Shown in pieces: positions 22,598 to 34,747 of a DNA stretch of 64,000 nt. Each line of letters begins with the position of its first letter. The first letter of the stretch is position 1. Location of the stretch: contig NC_134031.1 in the NCBI RefSeq assembly GCF_964204645.1, positions 19,041,910 to 19,105,909 on the forward strand, read 5' to 3'. A program made the translations under genes and the position numbers. This stretch comes from Tubulanus polymorphus (lineage: Eukaryota; Animalia; Nemertea). Below the pieces are notes generated by a model that ran no database searches, had not been told where the DNA came from, and saw only the letters and a list, made by a program, of their open reading frames with translations.

Positions 22598-25596
22598 TGC
22601 TGCGCTTTTCTGAAAACTTTTCAAACCCAATGGATGAATCTATTAACTGAATGGTGAAACAGCTACAGTGATTGGTGTTACCGTTTACAGTCATCGGTTG
22701 AAATCAGTCATTGAAATCACAGTCAGTAACCTGACTGATTTAGTTTTACTATCAGATATTTCATGTTGGTTTAAGCCCTGTCAATCTGCAGCTTGTATCA
22801 CCTTCTGCAGACATTGAACATAAAATGTCTTAAGTCTGATGTACTTAATTATTTTTTTTTCAATCAGAAATTGTTGTGAAACCCTGAACACACCCGTGTA
22901 GTGTGGAAGAATTGTGATAATTCTCCGCTGATGAAGAGTCAGGGTCCAACGAGGAGTAGATCACTAAACTATGTTTGAAACAATGGAGTGGGTTCATTTT
23001 AGAATTGGTTGGAACTGAAGCGGGTCTAGGGGTCCTTCTACAGAAAAAATGTGATGCTCAGAGGCCATAATGAGCCTGAGCAATTTCCATTGATATAATG
23101 AAGGTGTAAATAAATGAACAAATTATGCACTTATTATGTTATAATTTTGTCATAAAAAAGGTAGAAACGAAAACCTAGCTAATCTACTTTTGTTGTGGGG
23201 TTAGGCCCTATCTGTATCCCCCGCACTCCCCAACCCCATGCTAGACACCAGCGGAAATTATTTTAATATATCCTTCACTCTAGTCTTGGTAATTGAGTAT
23301 TTTAATTCAACTCTGGGACAGCAAGTAACTCCAATTCAACCCAAGTCTACTGTTGTATTCTTTTATTTATTCATGTTTGGACCCCAATCATTGATTTCAT
23401 ATTTTTTTCTGGTTGCTCGCCGAAGGTTTTACTGATGTAATTCCTGTAAAATCTTTACTCGTCATTTTTCAGTAGATTTTGACTTTTGTTTAAATTCATT
23501 GAAATTTCATAACATATGAATATATAATATTATATATATGTATATTGTATAGAATATATATATAATATTATATATTATTGATATATAATATATTATTCCA
23601 AATCTAATCTGTTGATATTTCAGGATAAATTCCTTTTTATTGTAAATAAATAAACTGAAAGAAAGTGTATAATTATTAGAAAAGGTTTTGATTCGTTATT
23701 CTTTTTTTTTAGTCCAAACCATATGTAGTCGAAAGGGATCTTACATAATTCTTACTGCTGGATACCAAAATAAGAATAATCATTGTTTATCCTATATTCC
23801 GAATAAGATCTACATCAATGAACCGGGTTTCAACCCAACACACCTCTTGGTGATTAGATCACTCACAGATGGCATTTGTGAAATGTAACTACCAGTCAAT
23901 TCCTTATATCTCTTGGTTCAGCAAAATTCCAATAGATGGCGAAGATGTCGCAATCAGACATCCACTGGGTTTTGGTCCTAGGACACCTTATGCAGCTTCT
24001 GGAGCAGTCAGTATTATTAATGGCCGTATTAGAACCTGGGACACCCATCTTCTACTAACAAGCATCCAGATGATTCCTCGGGAATCGCACAGAAAAACCA
24101 GACCACACATTTCTGGACAAACCTTCTTACAATGAAAAATTCATTTTATTTCAGCGGAAATACTTACAATAATATGAATATAATATTTATCTATACTTTG
24201 AAAGATTAGATTCTCAACTGAATTGTAATTGAATCCGCTGATTTCTAAAACTACAACTGCATAAAATATACACGATTTAAATAATAATATGACAAAATAT
24301 CGGGTGAAATTATCTCCTTAATATAAATGACTATAGAATGGAGGGAAAATTATCAATCAGTCAGTTTCACAATAGTGGTGCAAATATAAATACAGTCAAA
24401 CTTAAAGTTGAGTCATCGTCAGTTCGGATGATCATTGCGTCTATGACTTAGTAAAAAAATTGATAGCTCGTTTCACCTAATCGGCTAGTTCATTTTGTGA
24501 TAAAATTTGTATTAAATTCATTCCAATAAATGTCCTTTAAGCCCAGCAGAAATGAGAACCAAGGTATCAATTTTTCAAGCCTTTATCGAAATGACGACTT
24601 ACAATCTAAATTGAATTGGAAATACAGGAAATACATCACAATTAAAAATTTAAGCAGACGGCGACTAAACTGAGTTTGATCGTTTACATAAAGAAACTAG
24701 TCGTGTTAAACTACAAACAAAATCTTCAGTGAAATTAAGAAAATTAACAAACAAATAAATAAATAAATATATAAAGGTTAAGAATAAATGTATATATACT
24801 GTATAATATATGCGGAATGTACAATCTAAAACTGACTCTGTTCGGTCCAGTTCCACGGTTGTACATTTTAATTTTCAAACGCTGCAGCTAAATACAATTC
24901 TTTCCACGAAGTCAAATTAAGAAAAACTGTGCAACCGTGAAAAACTGCATCGGGAAAAAAATCGTTGGTAATTTGTTCTAGAACTGTGACACATTTTGTT
25001 ATCAAAACGACAGTAAACCTTCGCACTGTGCAGAAAATTTGTCATTTGAAAAATTAATCTGCTGTCTTTGGACTTTGGGTTACGGTAGTTGAGGTTTACT
25101 GCGCTTTATCCCCGATAAAACTCTGATACGCTATGAAATAAATATCAATTTAACCATTCACAACAACTACAGAAAGTGAAAATCAATCAAATTGTTATCA
25201 TGCAGAGCTATGTAAGGACCATGTGTTAGACTCCCCATTAGTCGGTAGGGACTGCTATAAATATTTCACATAGTTAAGAATCAGGGAATTTTTAAGGTTT
25301 TCTCTATTTGAATTCAAGAAAAATTCATGAAAACTTGAGTGGATTATCCAGGCGCCCAGTACCGAATAAGGCGGAGTCAGTATTCAATTAAAAGCCAATC
25401 ATTTTCAGAGAGGGTCCTGACACAATATAGGCTTATGTATGCCCTACTTATTCACAATATAACAAATTATCAGTACAATGTAGTAAGTGCTGTTAAGGAG
25501 TAACTGAGATACGGTTACAACACTCGTCCATGTATTTCCTGAGGTTAAGAGCGCACCGATGTCAATTGTTCGGGGTCATCGAGCTGTTTTTTTTTT

Positions 25597-28582
25597 CTAT
25601 GAATCGCCGTCAGTTTCGAAACACATGAAATCCTGCACGAAACAAACAAACAAATAATCCTCGACACACGTTCATGCTATCGTCACTACTTTTGAATTGA
25701 TAGTAGAATTTTTTCGTCGCATTTTGAAATTCTAGTCCGACACCCACCGATTAACGCTTGTTAGTTGTTATCCCTTTCAAATAGCATAAAATCCTAGAAA
25801 GTAGAAACAACCACCGGGTGCATAAGGAATCGTATAAACGGGTGAATTTAAACAAAAGAAGATATCATCCGTTATACATGTAAGAAGAAACGTCTGAATA
25901 AGTTAACAATTAATGTCAAAGCCTATTTCCATGCAATTGCAAAGACCTTTTCCAAGTGTTTTCAATGATATTTTCACTTATGAATGATAGACGGTTACTT
26001 TTTCTTCCACTATATTATGTTACATGCATGATTTTTAACCCGACAGCACCAGTGCTTAGTTGTGTATGTGCTTAATTTACGGTCAGTCTCCTCTCAACCT
26101 TTATCAATTATGATTAATAAACCTACCAGCAAGAATGCAGCACCGATCAATACCGCCTTCAATTTTACATCAAGATCAATAGGAACTGAAAATAAAACAT
26201 CGTAGTGAATATCGAACTACATTTTAATCCACTCGAGCCTTTTATGTTGAGAAACATCATTGTGTTGATGAAATTGAAATACAAATTTTGACCGAAAAGT
26301 AAAGTAGCCCGTGACAATAGATTGTTAATGGTTTGAAAAACTAGACAACTTTTTTCTTTAAACAGTCTTTTCCTAACACTTACAAGTGATTCCCAAATTG
26401 ACGGCATCTGTAAAAGCATCTTTCACGCAACCATTCCACTGTTTAGCAATGTTACAGACTTGTTTAGTCGGATCAGCGGCTGAGAAAATCTACATTACAA
26501 TAAAAAGAAATATTTAAATACTATCTAAAAAGCAACATTAAAACGCTATCTAGAGTATAGCGGCAATATCTGAGCGGGGTCAAAATAAACTCACACAACT
26601 GTGGAACTGGGTTCAAATTCAAATATAACCTCCAAACTTTAAAATCATAAATACTATTTGAAGAACTTACAGGAAAGTCGACATCTCCTCTACAGCAAAC
26701 AGCCTGACAAATACAACACGGTCCTTCGAGCGTAAATATGTGCGTCTTGTTCGCATCCAACAAAGCCAAACGTACACGCCACCCACTCTTCCTAAAATAT
26801 GCAACATTCATGATTATAAACGTTGCAGTCTCGGCGCGATACGAGATTAAATATAGCTCAATGGAGAATATTTACAGTTGTCGCACGTAACCGATGACAT
26901 TGCCGACCGGGGCCTCGATGTGTAACTCCTGAGCGCAGCAGTCCGTATCGGCGCACCAGCAACATCCGGCGCAGCATTTAAACGGACGATGAATTCGAAT
27001 CACCTCCTAAGGAATATAAAAACAAGGATTATTCAGGAAATAAATGATGGGTTGTAATAGTACAAGTGATCAATAGAAGGGCAGCGAGCGTTTCGGGCGT
27101 TTGACTCAGGGAGGCCAGGTCATGGGTTCAAACCCCGTACATTACTGTAGTGTCCATGGACAAGTCACTCATCCTCATTCCCCTTACTTCAATGAGGAAT
27201 AAATAGGTACTGGTCTGATGGATGAACCGAGTGCCCTAGTAGCTGCTCGGGTGTTACTTCTCCCCAGGGAGAAATGACTGATAAATGGTTTAGTTATAGG
27301 CTGGGGGTAATAATTGCTATATTACTGACTTCTTTGTGCCACTCGTCATTGGTAAGAACAACAAGTCACCAAAAATTCAAATCAAATTCAAGGACTGACT
27401 GAATAATCAAATTTTTAGTATCGAGATTATGGAGATCACAACTTCATTTGGGTCACTCAGGTAAATCATGGACGTATAAACTAGGTTATATATCCATGGG
27501 TAAAACAAATATCAGTTTGAAGACGTCTATTTGTGTTCACCACAGTAAGATATAATACAATGATTCGCTACTATATCATGAGAGCTTTACATTCATTCAC
27601 ATTCCATATATTAAACCACGTGGAAAATTAGAAATCATTTGTCTATTACTAACCGCTCCCGCATTGTCAACTACGTGCATTTCAAAACCACGACCGCTAC
27701 CACAGAACATTCGCATACAAGCATCGGACACTGTGGAAATCAGAGAAAATGAAAAACTCGAGTGTTAATGAAAATAAACTCGTATTTCGGTAGGATTGCT
27801 ATAGCTGGTATACGTACTTTCAAAAGCGTAGTAACTTTGTTGATCCATAGAATTCATCAGTTTGTATTTGTTTTTACATTCCCAGCCGGTGAACACTGAC
27901 AAAACAAACAAACAATCAAAATATCTAATTAATATCCTGTTAATATGCTAATTATTTTTTATTGAGACTAGGACCGGATTTACAAAAAAGTTAAACTCAA
28001 CTTTTTGGTTTAATTACTGTCACAGTTGCTTCATGTTTTCAACGAGAACAACAATTCAAACTCAACCCTTATTAAGCTCAAACTTTTTTTAAACTGACCC
28101 AAGCACTCGCGTACATTTCAGCGTAGTCAACATGAAACAGTTTGGACATCAGGATCTGGTTCCACAGGGGTGCAACTCAGATTGAACTCATCGAGAATGA
28201 ATTAATCTTAACTCAGCGAGTTAACTCTAACTCACAACGGATATCACTGAAAATGGGATAAATTCAATATCTCAAAGATGAATATTCTGCCTACCTTCGA
28301 GAAGTTCGACCATTTGTTTGATAATAATTTGGTCGAGTTGTGCCAAATATTCCAAACCGGGAGGAACGCCGCCGGTCATCTGCGGCTGGGTCGGTTGAGC
28401 CACGACTGCTACTCCGTCTGAAAACATCACCAAAAACAAAATCAGTAAAATTTTGCGTAGAGCAGACGAATTGTCGATCTTTCACATTTTTCCATATATT
28501 TTAATCGGCTTATATTCTACATTTCTTCACAAAAATATAGAATACCAGGAATGTCAAACTTACCTGCACCACCCTTAGACAT
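25597..28582 (-). CDS. Phospholipid scramblase (PLSCR family), about 9 coding exons
   Basis: MSKGGA|DGV...PPGLEYLAQLDQIIIKQMVELLE|VFTGWECKNKY...RPFKCCAGCCWC...GPCC...FPIDLDVKLKAVLIGAAFLL|DFMCFE; GT-AG junctions. Specific vertebrate paralogue not assignable. Confidence 0.92.
27080..27310 (+). mobile_element. Degenerate tRNA-derived SINE in scramblase intron
   Basis: B-box-like gggttcaaaccc followed by gtgtccatggacaagtcact (CORE/Deu-like), aataaataggtac and ctccccagggag; a similar head occurs at about 63243-63350. Confidence 0.5.
27467..27498. mobile_element. Second copy of 32-bp palindrome with 7-bp TSD
   Basis: ggtaaat|catggacgtataaactaggttatatatccatg|ggtaaaa. Confidence 0.7.
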
Positions 28583-30627
28583 TGTTATTATATTATTCTG
28601 ACGCTTTTAGAATCCGAACCTGAAAAACATGAACCACCGAATTTAAAAATCGATATCATTGAATCATCATACGTAAACGGTAAAGGTCAGGCGGAGTTCA
28701 TGTTTCAACAAAACAAAACCGGCAGTCATCGTCATAGAAACAACACTAATATTCTGCCTATTACTATATCAGATTGATTAACGCACATCAATAAATAATT
28801 CCTAATTAGAATTAATAATTAACTATTATATCTCACTAGGAGATTATCATATCCCTTGCGTATAGGCCTACTATATCTGTTCAACTCAAGTCAGATCTAT
28901 TCGTCAAATGCTTCAAAGATATCCAGCACACATGTCGTCGCTTGGCAGTGCAGCCACTCGTAACAATATGAAAGCTACTGTCTTCCTAAATCAATAAACT
29001 TACTCTATATTTTATAATCTGCCTAGATTTGTATTTTTATTGGTTGAATGTGACTTTCATAAACCGGATCAGAAATTACCAAACGGCAGACCAAACTTTT
29101 TTTAGGAAATAGATAAAAAAAGGACCGAATCTATCTTGATAGGCAAAAAGGAGTCATTTTTCGTACAGTAACCAGATTTTAAACGGAGGGAGGGGTCCCT
29201 AAACTGTATACCGGCTAAAAGACAAGTAACCTATTAGATAATTAGCTGAAACATTGCAGAAATAGAGAACATTTCGTATTTTGTCTGGAATAACTGTGGC
29301 AAATAACTGTGTGTCTCAGCTAAAAGAAAACAAAGATTGCGGTTTTTAGAGCTAATTTCCATTCTGAAATAATAATTCACGAAATTGCCATGAATCGTAT
29401 AAAATGATAAGACTTTATATTTGACAAACGTTTTGAATATCAAATATCGTTCATATACAAATAAGGTATATATAATATTGGTATTGGTTGTTAACCAAGG
29501 ACACACCTAGTTACAAACACAATTCCAGAGGTTCTACTGTGAAACTATAGCGGGCAACACCTTGATTAAATTTGGTTATCTAAAACCGAGTCAACATAAA
29601 CGTGCATTGACCAGTGGAGATCTAGCCTGTATTTTGCTAGTCACCTAGCTATGAAGACCACAAGAATTTCCAGAACTCAATAATCCACTAATCAGCCTGA
29701 AAGTCTTAGGAATATTAGTTTAATTTCAAAATTTTCAGGGGCAAGACCCTCTATATGATATATCATTATTGCAATTGAAGGTTGAAATTCATCAGCAGTT
29801 AGCAGCACAAGACTAGGCCCATTGCTTGCAAAATCATGTCTACTTTGGTCCATGACACAATATGTCACGATTGACGAGTGATGATAGATTCTATTGAATA
29901 TGACAACGCTCAGAGTACAGTAGAGTAGCCACCAAGCTGTTACACCAGACCTAGTGAATAGAAAGTCTCTATTTGTCCAGAGTTCTATTCCTGAACTCTT
30001 AATAGATAATCGATCAAATATTCACAAATGTATGTACATGTTAATCGTCAGGTAGGCCGCCTATATGAAGTTGTGTTGATAGATAGACCTAATAAACTTC
30101 AGTCACAATTGATTAAAAAAATAGCAGTAGGGCTACGTAATGTACAGAAAACAAGTTGTGAATTCATCAATGCAATGATTTATCGGTTTTTCAATATAAG
30201 CGAATAGGCTATACAAAACTCTATCAGGTTAGACCCAAAATATAACCCTCAACAATTGTGCAGTCGACACATAAAATGATCTCAATGCTTTAACTGTTGA
30301 CAACAGAACCATAAAAATGTTCTTCAAGTGGCCGATCTTAAAAATAAACTGCATGACTCACGAGGAGAAACTTAACCAGGCTAAAAAATTGAAGTAGATT
30401 ATTTTTGGAATGGTACCCAATGGGGGGATAGGACAAATGACAAATTTATACGCAATGCTCCCTAATAATATTGAAACGAATGAATCATACAGACAGGTGT
30501 ATATAAAACTATCGCAGCAGACACACTACATCTCTCTCATTTAACGTTCCGATTTCATCCGCACACATCACCATTCATTCTATTCTGGACGCAGCCTCTA
30601 TTCACTACCATCCAGCTTCATATAGGC

Positions 30628-30685
30628 TAGTCTGAATACCAGTCGTTGTTACGGTTCCCAGGAACAACGGCTAGGTACTAGACTA
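30628..30685. mobile_element. 58-bp hairpin element TAGTCT...AGACTA with perfect 9-bp TSD
   Basis: catataggc on both sides (30619-30627, 30686-30694); arms tagtctgaataccagtcgttgtt / aacaacggctaggtactagacta. Confidence 0.75.
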
Positions 30686-31481
30686 CATATAGGCCTATGT
30701 TTCAATTTCCATGTTTACATAGTCCTTTCTGTATAGGCTACCTAGTATATCACTATCAGGGGTGCGGATGGCCCTCTTACTTTTCAAATCCAATATCCAT
30801 ATTTTTTGGTTCCAAACTTTATATTTCCGTAAATTTCATAAATATTTTTATACCTAAAAATAGTCCAGACGTCGTTATTTGTGGAACGACGGCTAGCCAC
30901 AAGCTTTGACGGTGTTATAGTTCGTTCCCGTCCGCTCGTTCTAAATTTTGACCCCATTTGAAAAAAACAATCATCAAAAACAGTCAATCTTAATCATCCA
31001 GTATCGTAACCAGTGGTAACACAAGAATCACCACCACCGTTTGGAAAAAAACTACAACACCAACTTACCGAAAACAAGAGTGTTATTAGTTACCGGGTCA
31101 ATTAATCAGCGATGCGACCCAATTAATCAACTAGGCCTACTTGTTATAACCTGATAACAACTAGCACTGAAATATAGCCAGCAAGTACGAACTGCTCCGG
31201 TGAGTTCACAGTGAGCAGAACCGTAGAACTGCTCCGGTTAGTTCAAAGTCGGCTGATGGGCGATGTCATTTCAATGTACACTTTATTGATCATGGTCTGC
31301 GAGTAGCAGCCCCGGCGGTGTGTGCAGATCTTCGAATTTAATCAACGAATAATAAAATCCCTTTAGAAGTTACACTTTTTATGAAAGTGAGACTAAGGGG
31401 AACTTGGACTTATATTTCGTCTGGTATACCACACCACAGAAGGTTAAACGAACCACAACGAAATACAAAATGAGTTCTTGA

Positions 31482-31530
31482 GCTGCAACGTTTCAGCTAT
31501 GAATGCTCATTTAGCCATCATCAGGCGTAG
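31482..31530 (-). ncRNA. Candidate Penelope-type minimal hammerhead ribozyme motif (degenerate)
   Basis: Minus strand cgcCTGATGAt-ggcta-aatgagcattca-tagct-GAAACgttgc. Confidence 0.5.
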
Positions 31531-32106
31531 TACACTAAACAAATGAAACATTGCTCAAATTATATACTCTTCTATTCAAGAACTTCTCATCTTTGACCGA
31601 ATTATTGTGGGAGATTTCTTTCGTTATCCATCTTACACAGATTGTGTCTTCTCGACTCATCAAAAAACAAATTCCTCGAAAACAAAAGACAATTTTTTAG
31701 AAAAGGATGAATCTTATATTTTTATTGGCTGAATACATTTTGAGCAGAGAGGTTTTTCATGTTAGCTACCCGTGTAAACACATGTAAAAACCTCACGTTA
31801 CATTGATCTAGATCCTACATTCTATCCATAACTACAATAATACTTCTACCAACATTCTACAGGGGGACATCCTCACTTACCAGGGTTTCAATGCCTCCCA
31901 CTGCTCATGCCGACAAGTTTATCTACATCATAAAATGCATAATATATATATCTTAAATTCCAGCAGAGTTGTTTAATCGTTTATTAAATACCGAGTGCGA
32001 ACCAGCACAATTCAATCAATATAAAATACAGCGTCCAGCGCTACAAGACAAACTTCACATTCATAAGCCGCAGGGTTTCTAAAGCTGATCCTCGATAGTA
32101 TCTGCT

Positions 32107-34023
32107 TCATATCAGTCGATCCCAGCATCGCGAATGTTTATATAATTTAAACGATGAATTCGGTGGCGCCGTCTGCAGTGGAGGTTCGAACGACGGGAGA
32201 CCTTCGAGAACGAAACTAGCCGTCTCCGATTGGAGATCGCAATCGAAAAATTCCATCAAATCTGGTTCTTTAGATTTCTGATCCTACAATGATAATTATT
32301 CTTATATTTCAATAAAAGATGAATCAATTCAGAGCACAGTAGTAGACTACACGCTTGATGGGTCAGCATGACGCAGATTCAAATAAAATTGTTTCATTTT
32401 GTCATCCGGGGCTAATGATATTTAGCAGTAATCGGTTCTTGGCAACTGGTAAGTGGATAGGGGTATCTCCTGAACAAAATAGATATTCCAAATAATCAAA
32501 AGCATCAAAAATCCAATTCAAAAACAGTTCCAAAAAAATACTTCCAAACAACTGTAAAGAACATAAATTCAAATATTTCTAACCTTGGTTTTTGCAGAGA
32601 TGAGTTTTGCGGCGGCTTCTGATTGTTTCGTTTTGTCGCGTTCTTTACGACGGATCAACTCCTCGGCCGGTAATTCCAGACTATTCAAACATGTGAATGA
32701 TTCAGGTTTATTCACTTTCATCGCTCCCTGTTAGAAACAGAAAATCATTTCAATTCATGTCAAAACATCTAAAAATACGAGGTTTACGATTGGTCTCTAC
32801 TGCTTTTGGTACCTATGCCGGAAAAGCAATCTGTAAACCTTGAACCAGTTGCACATTTTAGATTTAAGACCGGAACCCAGTTCCACAGATGTGTCACAGG
32901 GACGTGCAAGCCACTTTTATTTGACTTGCTTTTTGAAAACAATCAAATAATGCACTCACTTTTTCCTCAATTTCAGTTTTAATTGACAATTTCTTCATTT
33001 TTTCTTCAACACGTTTTCGCACGTCGAGATCCTGTGTTTTTAATTGTTGTATTTCTCGCGTCACTTTCAACGTCGTTTGAAATTCCGGTTTTTTCAGTAT
33101 GTTCTCGTCGACGGGGTAGAGCGATGGCTTGTCACGGTGAAGAACGTCTTCATTCGTCGTCGTCTTTCTCGATGCGCGATATTTCCCTTTTTCGCGATGA
33201 CAAAAATCATCCGATGATTTTAGCGATGTCGTCGCTGTATTCGCGATCGGTTTCAGTGGCCGTTGTTGTTTCCGCGAAACGACGCCATTTTCTACTGGTT
33301 TCGATTGTTGTTGGTCATCGATGGTGATGTCTAGGTCGCTATCGATCAGAAATTGCGGCTCTGTTGTAACGGCCGGTGAATTTTCTTTATCGTCATCAAT
33401 GACAGTGACGTCTAACTGTGATGTATCTGTCAGAGCTAACGTATCGTCCAGCGTTCCGAGGGTTAAATCATCGTCAGCGGCGATGTCAACAATAGAAATC
33501 TCGGTCATTGACGCGCCGCCGCTGCTGCTGCTTTCAGACACCGATGGAACATTAAAACGAACCTACAACAGATAAACATGTTTTTACAATACAACGCACA
33601 CATATGACACGATGGCGTATTTACAAATTCCCTGAGTTTTTTATGTTATACACACAATTGTAATTCATCCATTTAGTTTGAAATTACCTTTTGTGGTGAA
33701 AAACAGAATTACATGTTTTATGCATAATTTGTCAAATTTCCCGAGTTTTGATTTCCTGAGAATGTCCAATTTAAGGTTTAATTCTTACAAACCTGTTTAG
33801 GTGTATGGCCACTGCCACTGTCATTTCCCTTGTCCGGACTTTCTTCGATTATAGTTTTATCAGGCGTCAGACACAGATCAGGGTCCGGATGGTGCATCAT
33901 CACACCAGACAACGTGCCACCAGCCGAGACTGTACTGCTGATTATTGTCGGTACAGGTCGCTGAAAACTCGGAGCTGCTTCATCTCCGCCGAATCTCATT
34001 CCAACAATAACGTTACTGGCCAT
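32107..34023 (-). CDS. PPP1R35: Protein phosphatase 1 regulatory subunit 35-like (centriolar); 4 coding exons (about 33793-34023, 32961-33562, 32584-32727, 32107-32283)
   Basis: PDLCLTP near the N-terminus; C-terminal KPEFQTTL...VEEKM...LNSLELPAEEL...EPDLMEF...LEGLP...SFKLYKHSRCW resembles the PPP1R35 C-terminal domain. Confidence 0.75.
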
Positions 34024-34747
34024 TTCCCTGTTTGGTAATAAAAATAATTGAATTTGAATTCAAATTGAGTAGAATTAGAAAGAATCTCGGACAAGCTGCC
34101 CCCTTTCAAAGCGATATCGAACAGTCTTATCGATCTAAATAGCACCCTGAAATACCTGAATTTATCTTTCTTTTTAGTCTATTACTCGTCAACTTCTGTC
34201 AATACAATTAAAAGGAGCATTTCAGCTAATGTATTGAGAGGATTCTGATTCGAAGATAAGCGCCTCCAAAAAGTGGAGGATGTCGAATGAAATTGTGTTT
34301 GGACGCTTGCCGCAGTAGGAACCACCAGCCTCCTTCGATAAACTCGCTTTCGAACCCAAAGGTGTAATCAGGTCAATTAATCAATCTATTTTCTTTGCCA
34401 TTTTCTTTGATATTCTTTTTCGTTGACATATTGCTAACGTTATAATGCATTATTTTGAAATTTACCAGTGTCAATAAAGAAAATTGAATAGAATTGTCAC
34501 TTGCCAGAGTGAGTTGTTTAAAATTAAAATATTTTTATGAAAAAATTCAATATCACTACGATTTAGATTTAATTCGCAGATGGTTGAAAATCCAACCATA
34601 TCAATTCTTTGTCAATACTGCTCTATTCTGTTATTTGAAATACTTTTCTAAAGATATTTGCATATTTCATTTACATAACGCTTTATTATATAATAACCGA
34701 GGGACGATTCAGCCACGAGTTTCCACTTCGTTATAAAACACTTCAAG

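Noticed and set aside
22229-22657. Ser-rich and DVDSGPEL repeat ORFs on both strands
   Set aside because: By-product of a stop-free 24-bp minisatellite immediately after the UBE2J2 stop.
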